The notes beneath the pieces are model-generated. The model saw nothing but the letters and a program-made list of their open reading frames with translations, had not been told where the DNA came from and did no database searches. A DNA stretch of 64,000 nt from an uncultured Gammaproteobacteria bacterium. GTDB taxonomy: Bacteria; Patescibacteriota; Microgenomatia; CAZETR01; Amesbacteraceae. A program made the translations under genes and the position numbers. The stretch covers positions 203,046 through 267,045 of the forward strand of contig CAZFGX010000001.1 of assembly GCA_964518565.1 (NCBI GenBank), given 5' to 3'. Numbering within the stretch: the stretch's first letter is position 1; each line of letters starts with the position of its first letter. Positions 10,839 to 19,502 of this stretch are shown here, one piece after another.

Positions 10839-13800
10839 ATGAAAAAAATCATTACATTCTTTATAGGGCTTTTTGCGCTGGTTTTAGCTGGCAGCTTATC
10901 GCCTAAAAGTATATTCGCTGCGCCTCCGCAAAACTTTCAAACCTCAGCCATAATTTCTACTGGGCTAGACGGACCTAGCGGCTTCCAATTTGCCCCGGAT
11001 GGTCGAATATTTATTCTACAAAGAACTGGAGAGGTAAAAATATATAAAAATGGCCAATTACTAGCGAATAATTTCATCACCCTTCCTTCTATCGCCTCAG
11101 GAGACCGTGGATTAATTGGTATTGCCTTTGATCCTGACTATGCTTCAAATAAATATGTATATTTTTATTACACCGCCTTAGACAAGCTTAACTATTTAGT
11201 AAGATTCTCAGCCGTGAACGATACCGCCAGTGATGGTCCGGTTATTATTTACCACACTACAAGCCCATCAGAACAATTACATGTTGGAGGAGGAATAGCT
11301 TTTGGAAATGACGGAAAACTTTATTTCACGGTCGGGGATAATGGATACCCTCCAAACGCACAAAGCTTAGATAATCCACACGGAAAGATACTTCGTATAA
11401 ACAAAGATGGTAGTATTCCCTCGGATAATCCGTTTGTAAACACTCCTGGTGCTTTACCTGAAATCTGGGCATACGGGTTAAGAAACCCTTGGCGTCTACA
11501 GTTTGATAGCACTACAGGAAAATTATATGACGGCGATGTGGGTCAAAATACCTGGGAAGAAGTGAATCTAATTGAGAAGGGGAAAAATTACGGCTGGCCG
11601 ACATGTGAAGGCAATTGTGGCACTTCCGGAATGACGAATCCAATCTATACCTACAACCATGACGGCTTGAGCTCTGCAGTCACAGGTGGTCCTGTATATC
11701 GTGGCACAATGTTCCCTTCTAGCTATGTCGGCAGATATTTTTTTGCCGATTATGCCCGAGGATTTATTCGCACCCTAGGGCTGGATGCAAATGGCAATTC
11801 AACCGACATGTCTGTATTTGATGCCAATGCCGGTACGCCGGTAGACCTGAGAGTTGCTCCAGATGGTTCGCTATATTACATCACCTATTATCCTGGTCGT
11901 TTGTATCGAATCACATATTCAACAACCAACCAGGTTCCAACTGCTTCAGCCGGTAGCAATGCCACAAAAGGATTGAGTCCTTTTACCGTAAACTTCACTT
12001 CAGCCGGATCAAGTGATCCAGAGAATAATCCCTTAAGTTTTTTTTGGGACTTCGGTGACGGTCAAACAAGTACTCAAGCCAATCCGTCTCATACATATAC
12101 AAATAATGGCTCATATCTTGCTCAGCTGACTGTGAGCGATGGTGTGAATACAGTAGATGCTATCCCCATTGTCATACAGGTTGGTATCGCCCCCACGGTG
12201 ACCATTGGTATGCCTGCAAATAACTCGCAATATAAATCTGGTGATTCAATCACATACTCGGTTTCTGCTACTGATGGCGTGGGAAACGATATGAATGACA
12301 ACGATATTGGCGTTGAAATCCTATTCCACCATTTGACCCACATTCACCCGTTTTTAGGTCCTCTGTATGGCAGAAACGGTACATTTGTAATTCCCACTAC
12401 AGGTGAACCATCCGATGCTACCTGGTTTGAGATCAAAGCTACAGCCACTGACACAAATGGACTTTCAACTACGAAATCGGTTTTTATCTACCCAAAAGTC
12501 GTTGACCTGACCTTCCAAACAAACCCCACTGGCTTACAAATTACACTCGATGGCGAACCTACCACTACGCCACAAACTATAAAGCATGTTGTTGGTTTTC
12601 AGCGTGAACTTTCAGCTAATGGTCCTCAATATGTTGGTGCAGACGTTTATCAATTTTCTGGTTGGTCCGATGGGGGAGGAGCAACACATACAATTTCCGT
12701 ACCAAATGTAAACACCACATATACAGCCAATTTTACAAAAACAGGCACAGTAGTACCATTTTCTGCGCAATATTTTTCTAACCAAAACCTTACGGGTTCC
12801 CCAACACTAACCAAAAACGACAATTTTATTAATTTTGATTGGGGAATAAATGCACCTGATTCCGCAATACCTGCAGACAACTTTTCTGTTCGCTGGACAA
12901 AAACAGACTCCTTTTCAGCTGGTAGTTATGAATTCTCAGTCACAGCCGACGACGGTCTGCGTCTATATATCGACAACAACCTAGTTATCGACAAGTGGGT
13001 AGACCAAGGAGCAACAACTTATAAAACCACTCAAGTTCTCACATCTGGTAATCACACCATCAAAATGGAGTACTATGAAAATGGTTACGATGCAGTCGCA
13101 AAATTAAACTGGATTCAATTGTCGGGCAATACCCCTACACCAACACCGACATCAATTCCTAGTGACCCAAATGCATTTTCTGGACAGTACTTCAACAATA
13201 AAAGTTTGACGGGTAATCCAGCCTTCACCAGAAATGACACAAATATAAACTTTGATTGGGCAGCGGGTAGTCCAGACCCAGTAATCACAGCAGACAACTT
13301 CTCTGTTCGCTGGACAAAAACATTGAACATTACTTCAGCTGGTGATTACAAGTTCTCAGTCACAGCCGATGATGGTGTTCGACTCAAAGTTGACGGCACA
13401 ACCATCATCGACAAATGGCAAGATCAGGCAGCCTCTATCTATACATCCACCGTAAATCTGGGACTAGGTAATCACACAGTAATCATGGAATACTATGAGA
13501 ATGGTGGAGAAGCAGTAGCAAAACTATCATGGTCTCAAATCACTCAAGTTCCAACACCCACCCCAACTCCAAATACAACAAATTCATTTACGGGTCAGTA
13601 CTGGAACATAGTTTGGAATGGAAATCCACAAATTCCTTCAACGAATCCAACTCTAACCAGACAAGACTCAAATATAAATTTTGATTGGGCATTAGTTTCT
13701 CCAGGCGCTGGTATAAACGCCGACGACTTTGTTGCTCGTTGGACCAAAACCGAGACATTTACTGCTGGTACATATCGTTTCTCAGTCACAGCCGATGATG

Positions 13801-15218
13801 GTGTACGTCTGTATGTGGACAACAACCTAGTCATCGACAAATGGCAACTCCAAGGTGCAACAACATACACTACAGATCAAATCCTTAGTGCCGGCGCTCA
13901 CACCATAAAAATGGAGTATTACGAACATCAAGAGGATGCAGTAGCCAAACTCTCTTGGACGTCTTTGACAACCGTACCTACTCCAACACCTACTCCGATA
14001 GTAAGTTCCAATTCATTCACAGGTGAATATTTTAATAATACGACCCTTTCTGGGACTCCTTCTCTTACTCGAGTCGATACAGATATTAATTTCGACTGGG
14101 CAAATGGGAATCCAGGATCCCCAATCCCAGCAGACAACTTCTCTGTTCGCTGGACAAAAACATTGAACATTACTTCAGCTGGTGATTACAAGTTCTCAGT
14201 CACAGCCGATGATGGTGTTCGACTCAAAGTTGACGGCACAACCATCATCGACAAATGGCAAGATCAGGCAGCCTCTACATATAATAGTACTAAGACTCTC
14301 GCTTCAGGCAACCATACCGTAGTTATGGAATATTACGAGAACTCTGGCTTAGCAGTTGCAAAACTCTCTTTTTCTCAAGTATCTGCAGCCCCAACTCCAA
14401 CACCGACGCCGTCCTTGAGTAATACCTTTACAGGAGAATATTGGAATGTAACTTGGACTGGTATACCAAATATTCCCAACGTGCCTGCCAATGTAGTGCG
14501 TACTGATGCAGATATCAATTTCGACTGGGCGCAATTAGCCCCAGCATCAGGTATAAACGCCGACGACTTTGTTGCTCGTTGGACCAAAACCGAGACATTT
14601 ACTGCTGGTACATATCGTTTCTCAGTCACAGCCGATGATGGTGTACGTCTGTATGTGGACAACAACCTAGTCATCGACAAATGGCAACTCCAAGGTGCTG
14701 CTACCTATACAACTGACCTAGTTTTAACTGCAGGTTCTCATGCCATAAAAATGGAGTATTTCGAACATCTTTTTGATGCAGTATCCAAATTAAGTTGGAC
14801 TAGTTTGGGAACACCGACTCCTACACCAACCCCAGCTCCCACTAATAATTTTGTTGGCCAATACTTTACAAATTCAAATCTATCGGGTGCTCCGTCTCTT
14901 GAACGTACTGACGCTCAAATCAATTTCGATTGGGGTTATGGTTCCCCGGCCGGAAGTATTCCTGTAGACAACTTTTCTGCCCGTTGGACTAAAACAGACA
15001 ACTTTGTAGGTGGCAATTATCAATTCTCTGTTTCATCAGATGATGGACTAAGAATAAAAGTTGACGGTACAAGTATCTATGATCAATGGATAGATCAGGC
15101 AGCAAATCCACAAACAATTACTGTTCCAATTAGTTCAGGTAGTCACACCATTACCGTCGAATATTACGAAAACGATTTAACTGCTAGTTGCCAAGTTTCA
15201 TGGGCTGCACTTCCGTAA
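10839..15218 (+). CDS. giant secreted protein: PQQ-type glucose/sorbosone dehydrogenase beta-propeller + PKD + Ig-like + 6x PA14 domains
   Basis: Track start 10788 is TTG; ATG 10839 gives signal peptide MKKIITFFIGLFALVLAGS; GSDH motifs 'GKILRINKDGSIPSDNPF', 'YGLRNPWR'; PKD 'WDFGDGQTS'; six ~120-aa PA14 units ('FSVRWTKT...FSVTADDGVRL..DG..IDKW...MEYYE') separated by PTPTPTP linkers. Confidence 0.8.
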   Translation: MKKIITFFIGLFALVLAGSLSPKSIFAAPPQNFQTSAIISTGLDGPSGFQFAPDGRIFILQRTGEVKIYKNGQLLANNFITLPSIASGDRGLIGIAFDPDYASNKYVYFYYTALDKLNYLVRFSAVNDTASDGPVIIYHTTSPSEQLHVGGGIAFGNDGKLYFTVGDNGYPPNAQSLDNPHGKILRINKDGSIPSDNPFVNTPGALPEIWAYGLRNPWRLQFDSTTGKLYDGDVGQNTWEEVNLIEKGKNYGWPTCEGNCGTSGMTNPIYTYNHDGLSSAVTGGPVYRGTMFPSSYVGRYFFADYARGFIRTLGLDANGNSTDMSVFDANAGTPVDLRVAPDGSLYYITYYPGRLYRITYSTTNQVPTASAGSNATKGLSPFTVNFTSAGSSDPENNPLSFFWDFGDGQTSTQANPSHTYTNNGSYLAQLTVSDGVNTVDAIPIVIQVGIAPTVTIGMPANNSQYKSGDSITYSVSATDGVGNDMNDNDIGVEILFHHLTHIHPFLGPLYGRNGTFVIPTTGEPSDATWFEIKATATDTNGLSTTKSVFIYPKVVDLTFQTNPTGLQITLDGEPTTTPQTIKHVVGFQRELSANGPQYVGADVYQFSGWSDGGGATHTISVPNVNTTYTANFTKTGTVVPFSAQYFSNQNLTGSPTLTKNDNFINFDWGINAPDSAIPADNFSVRWTKTDSFSAGSYEFSVTADDGLRLYIDNNLVIDKWVDQGATTYKTTQVLTSGNHTIKMEYYENGYDAVAKLNWIQLSGNTPTPTPTSIPSDPNAFSGQYFNNKSLTGNPAFTRNDTNINFDWAAGSPDPVITADNFSVRWTKTLNITSAGDYKFSVTADDGVRLKVDGTTIIDKWQDQAASIYTSTVNLGLGNHTVIMEYYENGGEAVAKLSWSQITQVPTPTPTPNTTNSFTGQYWNIVWNGNPQIPSTNPTLTRQDSNINFDWALVSPGAGINADDFVARWTKTETFTAGTYRFSVTADDGVRLYVDNNLVIDKWQLQGATTYTTDQILSAGAHTIKMEYYEHQEDAVAKLSWTSLTTVPTPTPTPIVSSNSFTGEYFNNTTLSGTPSLTRVDTDINFDWANGNPGSPIPADNFSVRWTKTLNITSAGDYKFSVTADDGVRLKVDGTTIIDKWQDQAASTYNSTKTLASGNHTVVMEYYENSGLAVAKLSFSQVSAAPTPTPTPSLSNTFTGEYWNVTWTGIPNIPNVPANVVRTDADINFDWAQLAPASGINADDFVARWTKTETFTAGTYRFSVTADDGVRLYVDNNLVIDKWQLQGAATYTTDLVLTAGSHAIKMEYFEHLFDAVSKLSWTSLGTPTPTPTPAPTNNFVGQYFTNSNLSGAPSLERTDAQINFDWGYGSPAGSIPVDNFSARWTKTDNFVGGNYQFSVSSDDGLRIKVDGTSIYDQWIDQAANPQTITVPISSGSHTITVEYYENDLTASCQVSWAALP
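13288..13858 (+). repeat. intragenic duplicated unit copy 1 (two PA14 domains)
   Basis: 13288-13437 is 100% identical to 14128-14277 and 13711-13858 is 100% identical to 14551-14698 (840-bp offset); flanks diverged. Confidence 0.85.
14128..14698 (+). repeat. intragenic duplicated unit copy 2 (two PA14 domains)
   Basis: See copy 1; identical cores verified by direct reading. Confidence 0.85.
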
Positions 15219-15246
15219 CAGTGTCTCAGGCCGTAATATAAACCTT

Positions 15247-16521
15247 ATGACTCGTAAATATCTTATTTCTTCGTCAGCTATGATTCTCGTGGGAATGTGT
15301 ATCTTCATGTATGCGAAAACCAAATCAGCTCTGTCTGCCGAGGAGACTTTACATCCAAAATTTTGGTCGGTGCAATCTATAGATACAGTCAAATACTCTC
15401 GAGACGTTGCTCGCGAAAAACTACATGATAGTAGTTTTGACACGACAATTGACGCCCAGATAAAACAAATAGCTTCAACCGGTGCAACGCATGTTGCTAT
15501 TGGTACTCCATACGACGACGAATTTTTACCATATCTAAAACGTTGGGTATCTGCAGCTCGTACACACAATCTCCATGTGTGGTTTAGAGGAAATTGGTCC
15601 GGCTGGGAAGGATGGTTTAATTATCCAAATATCACTGCTAAACAACATGTTTCCCAAACAGTTGTTTTTATAAAAAATAATCCTGACTTATTTGTGGATG
15701 GTGACATTTTTAGCCCATGTCCCGAGTGTGAAAATGGTCAAATTGGTGACCCACGTCAAACAGGTAAAATTCAAGAATTTCGCCAGTTTCTTATAGATTT
15801 AACCAATGGATGTGAAACTGCTGCAACTGAAATTAAAAAATCAATAATTTGTAACTACCATTCCATGAATGGAGATGTAGCTAGACTAATCATGGACAAG
15901 GAAACGACGCAAAAATTAGGAGGAGTAGTTGTTGTAGATCACTATGTGAAAGAACCCACTCAAATGGCTAAAGATCTCAAGGAATTTGCACTTCAGACCG
16001 GAGGCAAAGTAGTTCTAGGAGAATTTGGCGCCCCTTTACCAGATATTCACGGTAACATGTCCCAAGAACAACAAGCAGCATGGATATCTGAGACATTAAA
16101 CCAAGTAATTGAAATTCCCGAAGTGGTTGGGGTGAATTATTGGACGAATGTTGGTGGATCTACTGGTCTATGGGACTCTCATAACCAGCCAAGAGTAGGA
16201 GTGTCCTCCTTGTCACAAATTTATCAACCTAATGAAATAATTATCCACGTAAAAAATATAATTGATAAACCCATAGTCAGTAGTGCACTGTATTTAGATA
16301 AAACATTTGCTAGTGACAAAACAGGCAGTATTCGTTTACCAAAACAATTAAATAAATCAGTTATCCCTGCGATTATTATTGCTGCAGATGGGTATAAAGA
16401 TCAGGGAGTATATTTAGGAGCCACAGAGGCAGAAACAACAATTGTCTTAGAAAAACAATCTGAAAGTATATGGTTCAAACTCCAAGTATTGCTTTTTAAG
16501 CTATCCCATAGTATAATATAA
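15247..16521 (+). CDS. membrane-anchored clan GH-A (GH5-like) glycoside hydrolase
   Basis: N-terminal TM; TIM-barrel-like strands; 'HYVKEP' (NEP-like acid/base) and 'VVLGEFGAP' (nucleophile Glu) motifs. Confidence 0.45.
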   Translation: MTRKYLISSSAMILVGMCIFMYAKTKSALSAEETLHPKFWSVQSIDTVKYSRDVAREKLHDSSFDTTIDAQIKQIASTGATHVAIGTPYDDEFLPYLKRWVSAARTHNLHVWFRGNWSGWEGWFNYPNITAKQHVSQTVVFIKNNPDLFVDGDIFSPCPECENGQIGDPRQTGKIQEFRQFLIDLTNGCETAATEIKKSIICNYHSMNGDVARLIMDKETTQKLGGVVVVDHYVKEPTQMAKDLKEFALQTGGKVVLGEFGAPLPDIHGNMSQEQQAAWISETLNQVIEIPEVVGVNYWTNVGGSTGLWDSHNQPRVGVSSLSQIYQPNEIIIHVKNIIDKPIVSSALYLDKTFASDKTGSIRLPKQLNKSVIPAIIIAADGYKDQGVYLGATEAETTIVLEKQSESIWFKLQVLLFKLSHSII

Positions 16522-16526
16522 ATACT

Positions 16527-17408
16527 GTGAAGATATCAACAAAAGTTTCGTCCGCGATTCTTATCATGGTTTCCTTAGGACTACAGGCTAGTCCTGTATT
16601 AGCATCGTATACTCCAAATTTTCCTGCGTGTCCTAATCCGGGTGGTAATCTGACCGCTCAATATAATTCAGGTTTACACGGTATTCCAGGTGACTCACAA
16701 GAATATGTTGGATCTGATTCAGTATTTCAAATTAATTCAACCCAGTGGGTTCAATGTTTTTGTCCACAAAACGGTGCAGGAATTCAAACAAACTGGTTAC
16801 TACTCCAAGATCCTTCCGAGTCTGAAATATCAGCATACAAAAACCAAGGCTGGGTATTTATTCCAGATGGATCTGCCTGGGGACTTCAAGCTGCTAGTTA
16901 TGTAGCTCAAAATAGCTCGATTTCATGTGTTGGTGGCACAGGAAATGGTAACGATAGTTCAGCAAATACCAACTCTTCTAATACATCAGTTTGTGATTCG
17001 ATCAAACCAGGCACTCCAGTATTAACTTCAATAAAACGAATAGGATCAACAGCAACCCTTTCTTGGAATCCTGTTCAAAACGCTACTCATTACTCAATTT
17101 CTTATGGAGTCGAATCAGGTAAATATTTATACGGTGTTCCGAATACAGGCAATGTGACTCAATTCACCATTGGTAGCCTAGATCCAAATAAAACTTATTA
17201 CTGGGAAGTACGAGCCGTCAACAATTGTATGCCATCAGACGCTTCCTCCCAGCCTTCAGCTGCTCGAGGTGGTGGGGATATCCTGGGTAGTTCTACAGGG
17301 TTTGCACCTACTGGAGATTGGTCAATACTTATTCTAGCTGCAGGTATTGGGTGTATATTGACTGGTCTATCAGTGGCTATGAGAAATGGCCATGAATCAA
17401 AAAAATAA
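16527..17408 (+). CDS. secreted fibronectin-type-III surface protein with C-terminal sorting-signal-like tail
   Basis: GTG start, signal peptide; FN3 'LSWNPVQNATHYSISYG...YYWEVRAVN'; C-terminus 'GFAPTGDWSILILAAGIGCILTGLSVAMRNGHESKK' (motif+TM+basic tail). Confidence 0.55.
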   Translation: MKISTKVSSAILIMVSLGLQASPVLASYTPNFPACPNPGGNLTAQYNSGLHGIPGDSQEYVGSDSVFQINSTQWVQCFCPQNGAGIQTNWLLLQDPSESEISAYKNQGWVFIPDGSAWGLQAASYVAQNSSISCVGGTGNGNDSSANTNSSNTSVCDSIKPGTPVLTSIKRIGSTATLSWNPVQNATHYSISYGVESGKYLYGVPNTGNVTQFTIGSLDPNKTYYWEVRAVNNCMPSDASSQPSAARGGGDILGSSTGFAPTGDWSILILAAGIGCILTGLSVAMRNGHESKK

Positions 17409-17895
17409 TCTCTCCAGACTTTTATTCTTTCTTGGGCTCCTTTGCTTTGTTTTTGTTGGAGTGTTGATAGTAGATCGGTTAAAAAATAATACGGTATCCT
17501 TTGACCAGCTTCCTGTCACTTCTGAGACAAATACACAACCAGACGGTATCGAAATATCTACCCAACAAATCCGACTTGCCGTTGTCTCAAAAAAAGTTGA
17601 AAAAAGCTTTCCCACATCAAAAACAACCGCTATACATATTCAAGGTACAAACATATATTACGCTCACAACTGGCCAAACTTATTTGGAAATCTTAAAAAG
17701 ATTAAAATCAACGATCCAATAGTAATCCATTTCTCCAACGGTCAAATAAAAAAATATCTGGTCACTCAAACTGAATCTGTGTGGCCATCGGACACGAGTA
17801 TTTTAAATCAGAACAATTCAGAAACGATTGTCGTCTATACATGTACGGGAGTTTTTGACATCAAAAGGTTGGTCATAGTGGCTAAATCTGTTTGA
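17386..17895 (+). CDS. sortase family transpeptidase
   Basis: N-terminal TM, conserved His region 'IHIQGTNIYYAHNWPN', catalytic 'VVYTCTG' (TLxTC) motif; overlaps 3' end of FN3 gene. Confidence 0.7.
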   Translation: MAMNQKNNLSRLLFFLGLLCFVFVGVLIVDRLKNNTVSFDQLPVTSETNTQPDGIEISTQQIRLAVVSKKVEKSFPTSKTTAIHIQGTNIYYAHNWPNLFGNLKKIKINDPIVIHFSNGQIKKYLVTQTESVWPSDTSILNQNNSETIVVYTCTGVFDIKRLVIVAKSV

Positions 17896-17917
17896 CGGCA
17901 TCTGTAATAATAGACAT

Positions 17918-18421
17918 ATGCCATTTTTAGTTATAATTGCAGTAGTAATTTTAGGCGCAGGCATCGTGGCCAATATTGCCTCACCGAACAGTTCAGGGCC
18001 AGACGACCCTATCACCACGAGCGTGACTTCAACCCCTATTCCAACTTCATCTCCTACACCAATACCCACAATTCAACAATCCCTACCAACCCCAACAATA
18101 AAACCTGTTAATACTATCAATCCTACAAATATCGTTAACCCTACCCAAATTACCCAACCAGCTAACTGGCAATACCCTAATAGTCAAAAACGGTCTGAAA
18201 ACGAATTTGTCAGTTCAGAGTCTCCTGAAAAAATTACTCAGTGGTATAAAGACAAAATTATCGCCACTGGGTACTCAAGTAAGTCGTTTGTCCAAACATC
18301 TACAAACGCAAAAATTTTAAATAAGTTAGTTGGCGCAAAACAAAACAATGAAATTTCAGTTGAAATTTACAAAAATCCCGAGGATGCAAATACAACAATA
18401 AAAATTGCGCTTGACAACTAA
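17918..18421 (+). CDS. secreted hypothetical protein with Pro/Thr-rich linker
   Basis: N-terminal hydrophobic segment, 'TPIPTSSPTPIPT' linker. Confidence 0.4.
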   Translation: MPFLVIIAVVILGAGIVANIASPNSSGPDDPITTSVTSTPIPTSSPTPIPTIQQSLPTPTIKPVNTINPTNIVNPTQITQPANWQYPNSQKRSENEFVSSESPEKITQWYKDKIIATGYSSKSFVQTSTNAKILNKLVGAKQNNEISVEIYKNPEDANTTIKIALDN

Positions 18422-18452
18422 AAATTGCATGAGTAATATCCGAAGGTGTTTA

Positions 18453-18486
18453 AGCTGCCCAAATAAAATAAGGGCAGTTTTTTATT
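18453..18486 (+). terminator. rho-independent terminator
   Basis: Stem ctgccc/gggcag, 11-nt loop, followed by TTTTTTATT. Confidence 0.5.
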
Positions 18487-18503
18487 CTGTTTAACTAAAT
18501 AAA

Positions 18504-19079
18504 ATGAAAAAAATTACCTCAAAAAAATATTTACCAGCGCTTATTGTAATAGCATTTGCATTGATAGCTGTTGTTGGAGGGGTTAGGTTGTTATCAAAAA
18601 TAAAACAAAATAGATCAAACAGCCAAACTTCCGGGGAAAAAATATCAGTTCAAGACGCAAAAGCAACAGCCTCGGTAAATCGAGAGTTCTCATTTCCTAT
18701 AAAAGATAGTTCGAATAAAAAAATTACAGACCTAAAATTTATAATTGAATCAGCAGAGTTAAGAGATGAAATAATTGTTAAGGGTAGTCGAGCTACAGCT
18801 GTAAAAGGTCGGACGTTTCTAATTTTAAATTTAAAAATTACGAATAATTTCAACAAGGCTCTTCAAATTAATACCCAAGATTATTTTAGACTGACAGTAA
18901 ACAATTCAAATGACGACTTACTTGCTCCCGACATCCACAATGATCCGTTAATTATTCAGCCAACATCGACAAAATTTACTCGAGTTGGCTTTGCAATAAA
19001 TGATTCAGACAAAAATATTGTCCTACAAGTAGGTGAGATCGATGGAGAAAAAACAAAGATCGAACTAAACCTACAATGA
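18504..19079 (+). CDS. membrane-anchored DUF4352-like protein
   Basis: N-terminal TM; 'ATAVKGRTFLILNLKITNN...FRLTVNNSND' resembles DUF4352 beta-sandwich. Confidence 0.4.
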   Translation: MKKITSKKYLPALIVIAFALIAVVGGVRLLSKIKQNRSNSQTSGEKISVQDAKATASVNREFSFPIKDSSNKKITDLKFIIESAELRDEIIVKGSRATAVKGRTFLILNLKITNNFNKALQINTQDYFRLTVNNSNDDLLAPDIHNDPLIIQPTSTKFTRVGFAINDSDKNIVLQVGEIDGEKTKIELNLQ

Positions 19080-19291
19080 AAAAAAACACTCACATGGTTT
19101 CTCAAGAAGTTTTGGCAGAAATCGTATCTAGTCTTCAGGCGATCGACACTCATGGAAGTGTAGAAATATTTATTACCGATGGGCAAGTCAATCAAATTAC
19201 TGTTCGTAACATTAAAAAAACCACGCGGAAAAATCAAACTCCTGAAAAAAGTATCAACAAAGTACTTGACAAAGCTATATCAATATACTAA
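19076..19291 (+). CDS. YezD/DUF2292-like small protein
   Basis: 71 aa, 'HGSVEIFITDGQVNQITVRN' pattern; ATGA overlap. Confidence 0.45.
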   Translation: MKKNTHMVSQEVLAEIVSSLQAIDTHGSVEIFITDGQVNQITVRNIKKTTRKNQTPEKSINKVLDKAISIY

Positions 19292-19364
19292 ACAAATAGT
19301 ACAAACAACTTCACATCCTGTTTCTTTCCACTGCCCCTGGATATGAAGCAAAAAAGCTGACCGC

Positions 19365-19435
19365 AAACGGAGGCTTCTCTATCTTTAAATGGTCGTATAT
19401 TTCGACCCAAAGATCGAGGAGCCTCCGTTTTTTTT
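19365..19435 (+). terminator. long compound hairpin + U8 intrinsic terminator
   Basis: 15-bp outer stem aaacggaggcttctc/gaggagcctccgttt (one G-U), inner pairs atcttt/aaagat and ggtcg/cgacc, then TTTTTTTT. Confidence 0.6.
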
Positions 19436-19502
19436 AAAAATCGGGGGGATTCCCGAGAGTCAAAAAATACTTTAAGAAAGGGGGTGAAAATTAAAAAATA
19501 AT

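Noticed and set aside
13130-14830. Possible CRISPR-like or microsatellite array (regular repeats with PTPTPTP-coding spacers)
   Set aside because: Repeats are in-frame protein domain repeats (PA14 + Pro/Thr linkers) within one long ORF. The period is 840 bp with divergent spacers of coding character, and there are no short direct repeats or cas genes.
19436-19500. Second small hairpin 'tcggggggattcccgaga' and purine-rich 'aagggggtga' upstream of 19503
   Set aside because: The hairpin is imperfect and short. The purine-rich run is best explained as the Shine-Dalgarno sequence (slightly distant) for the repeat-protein gene rather than a separate element.
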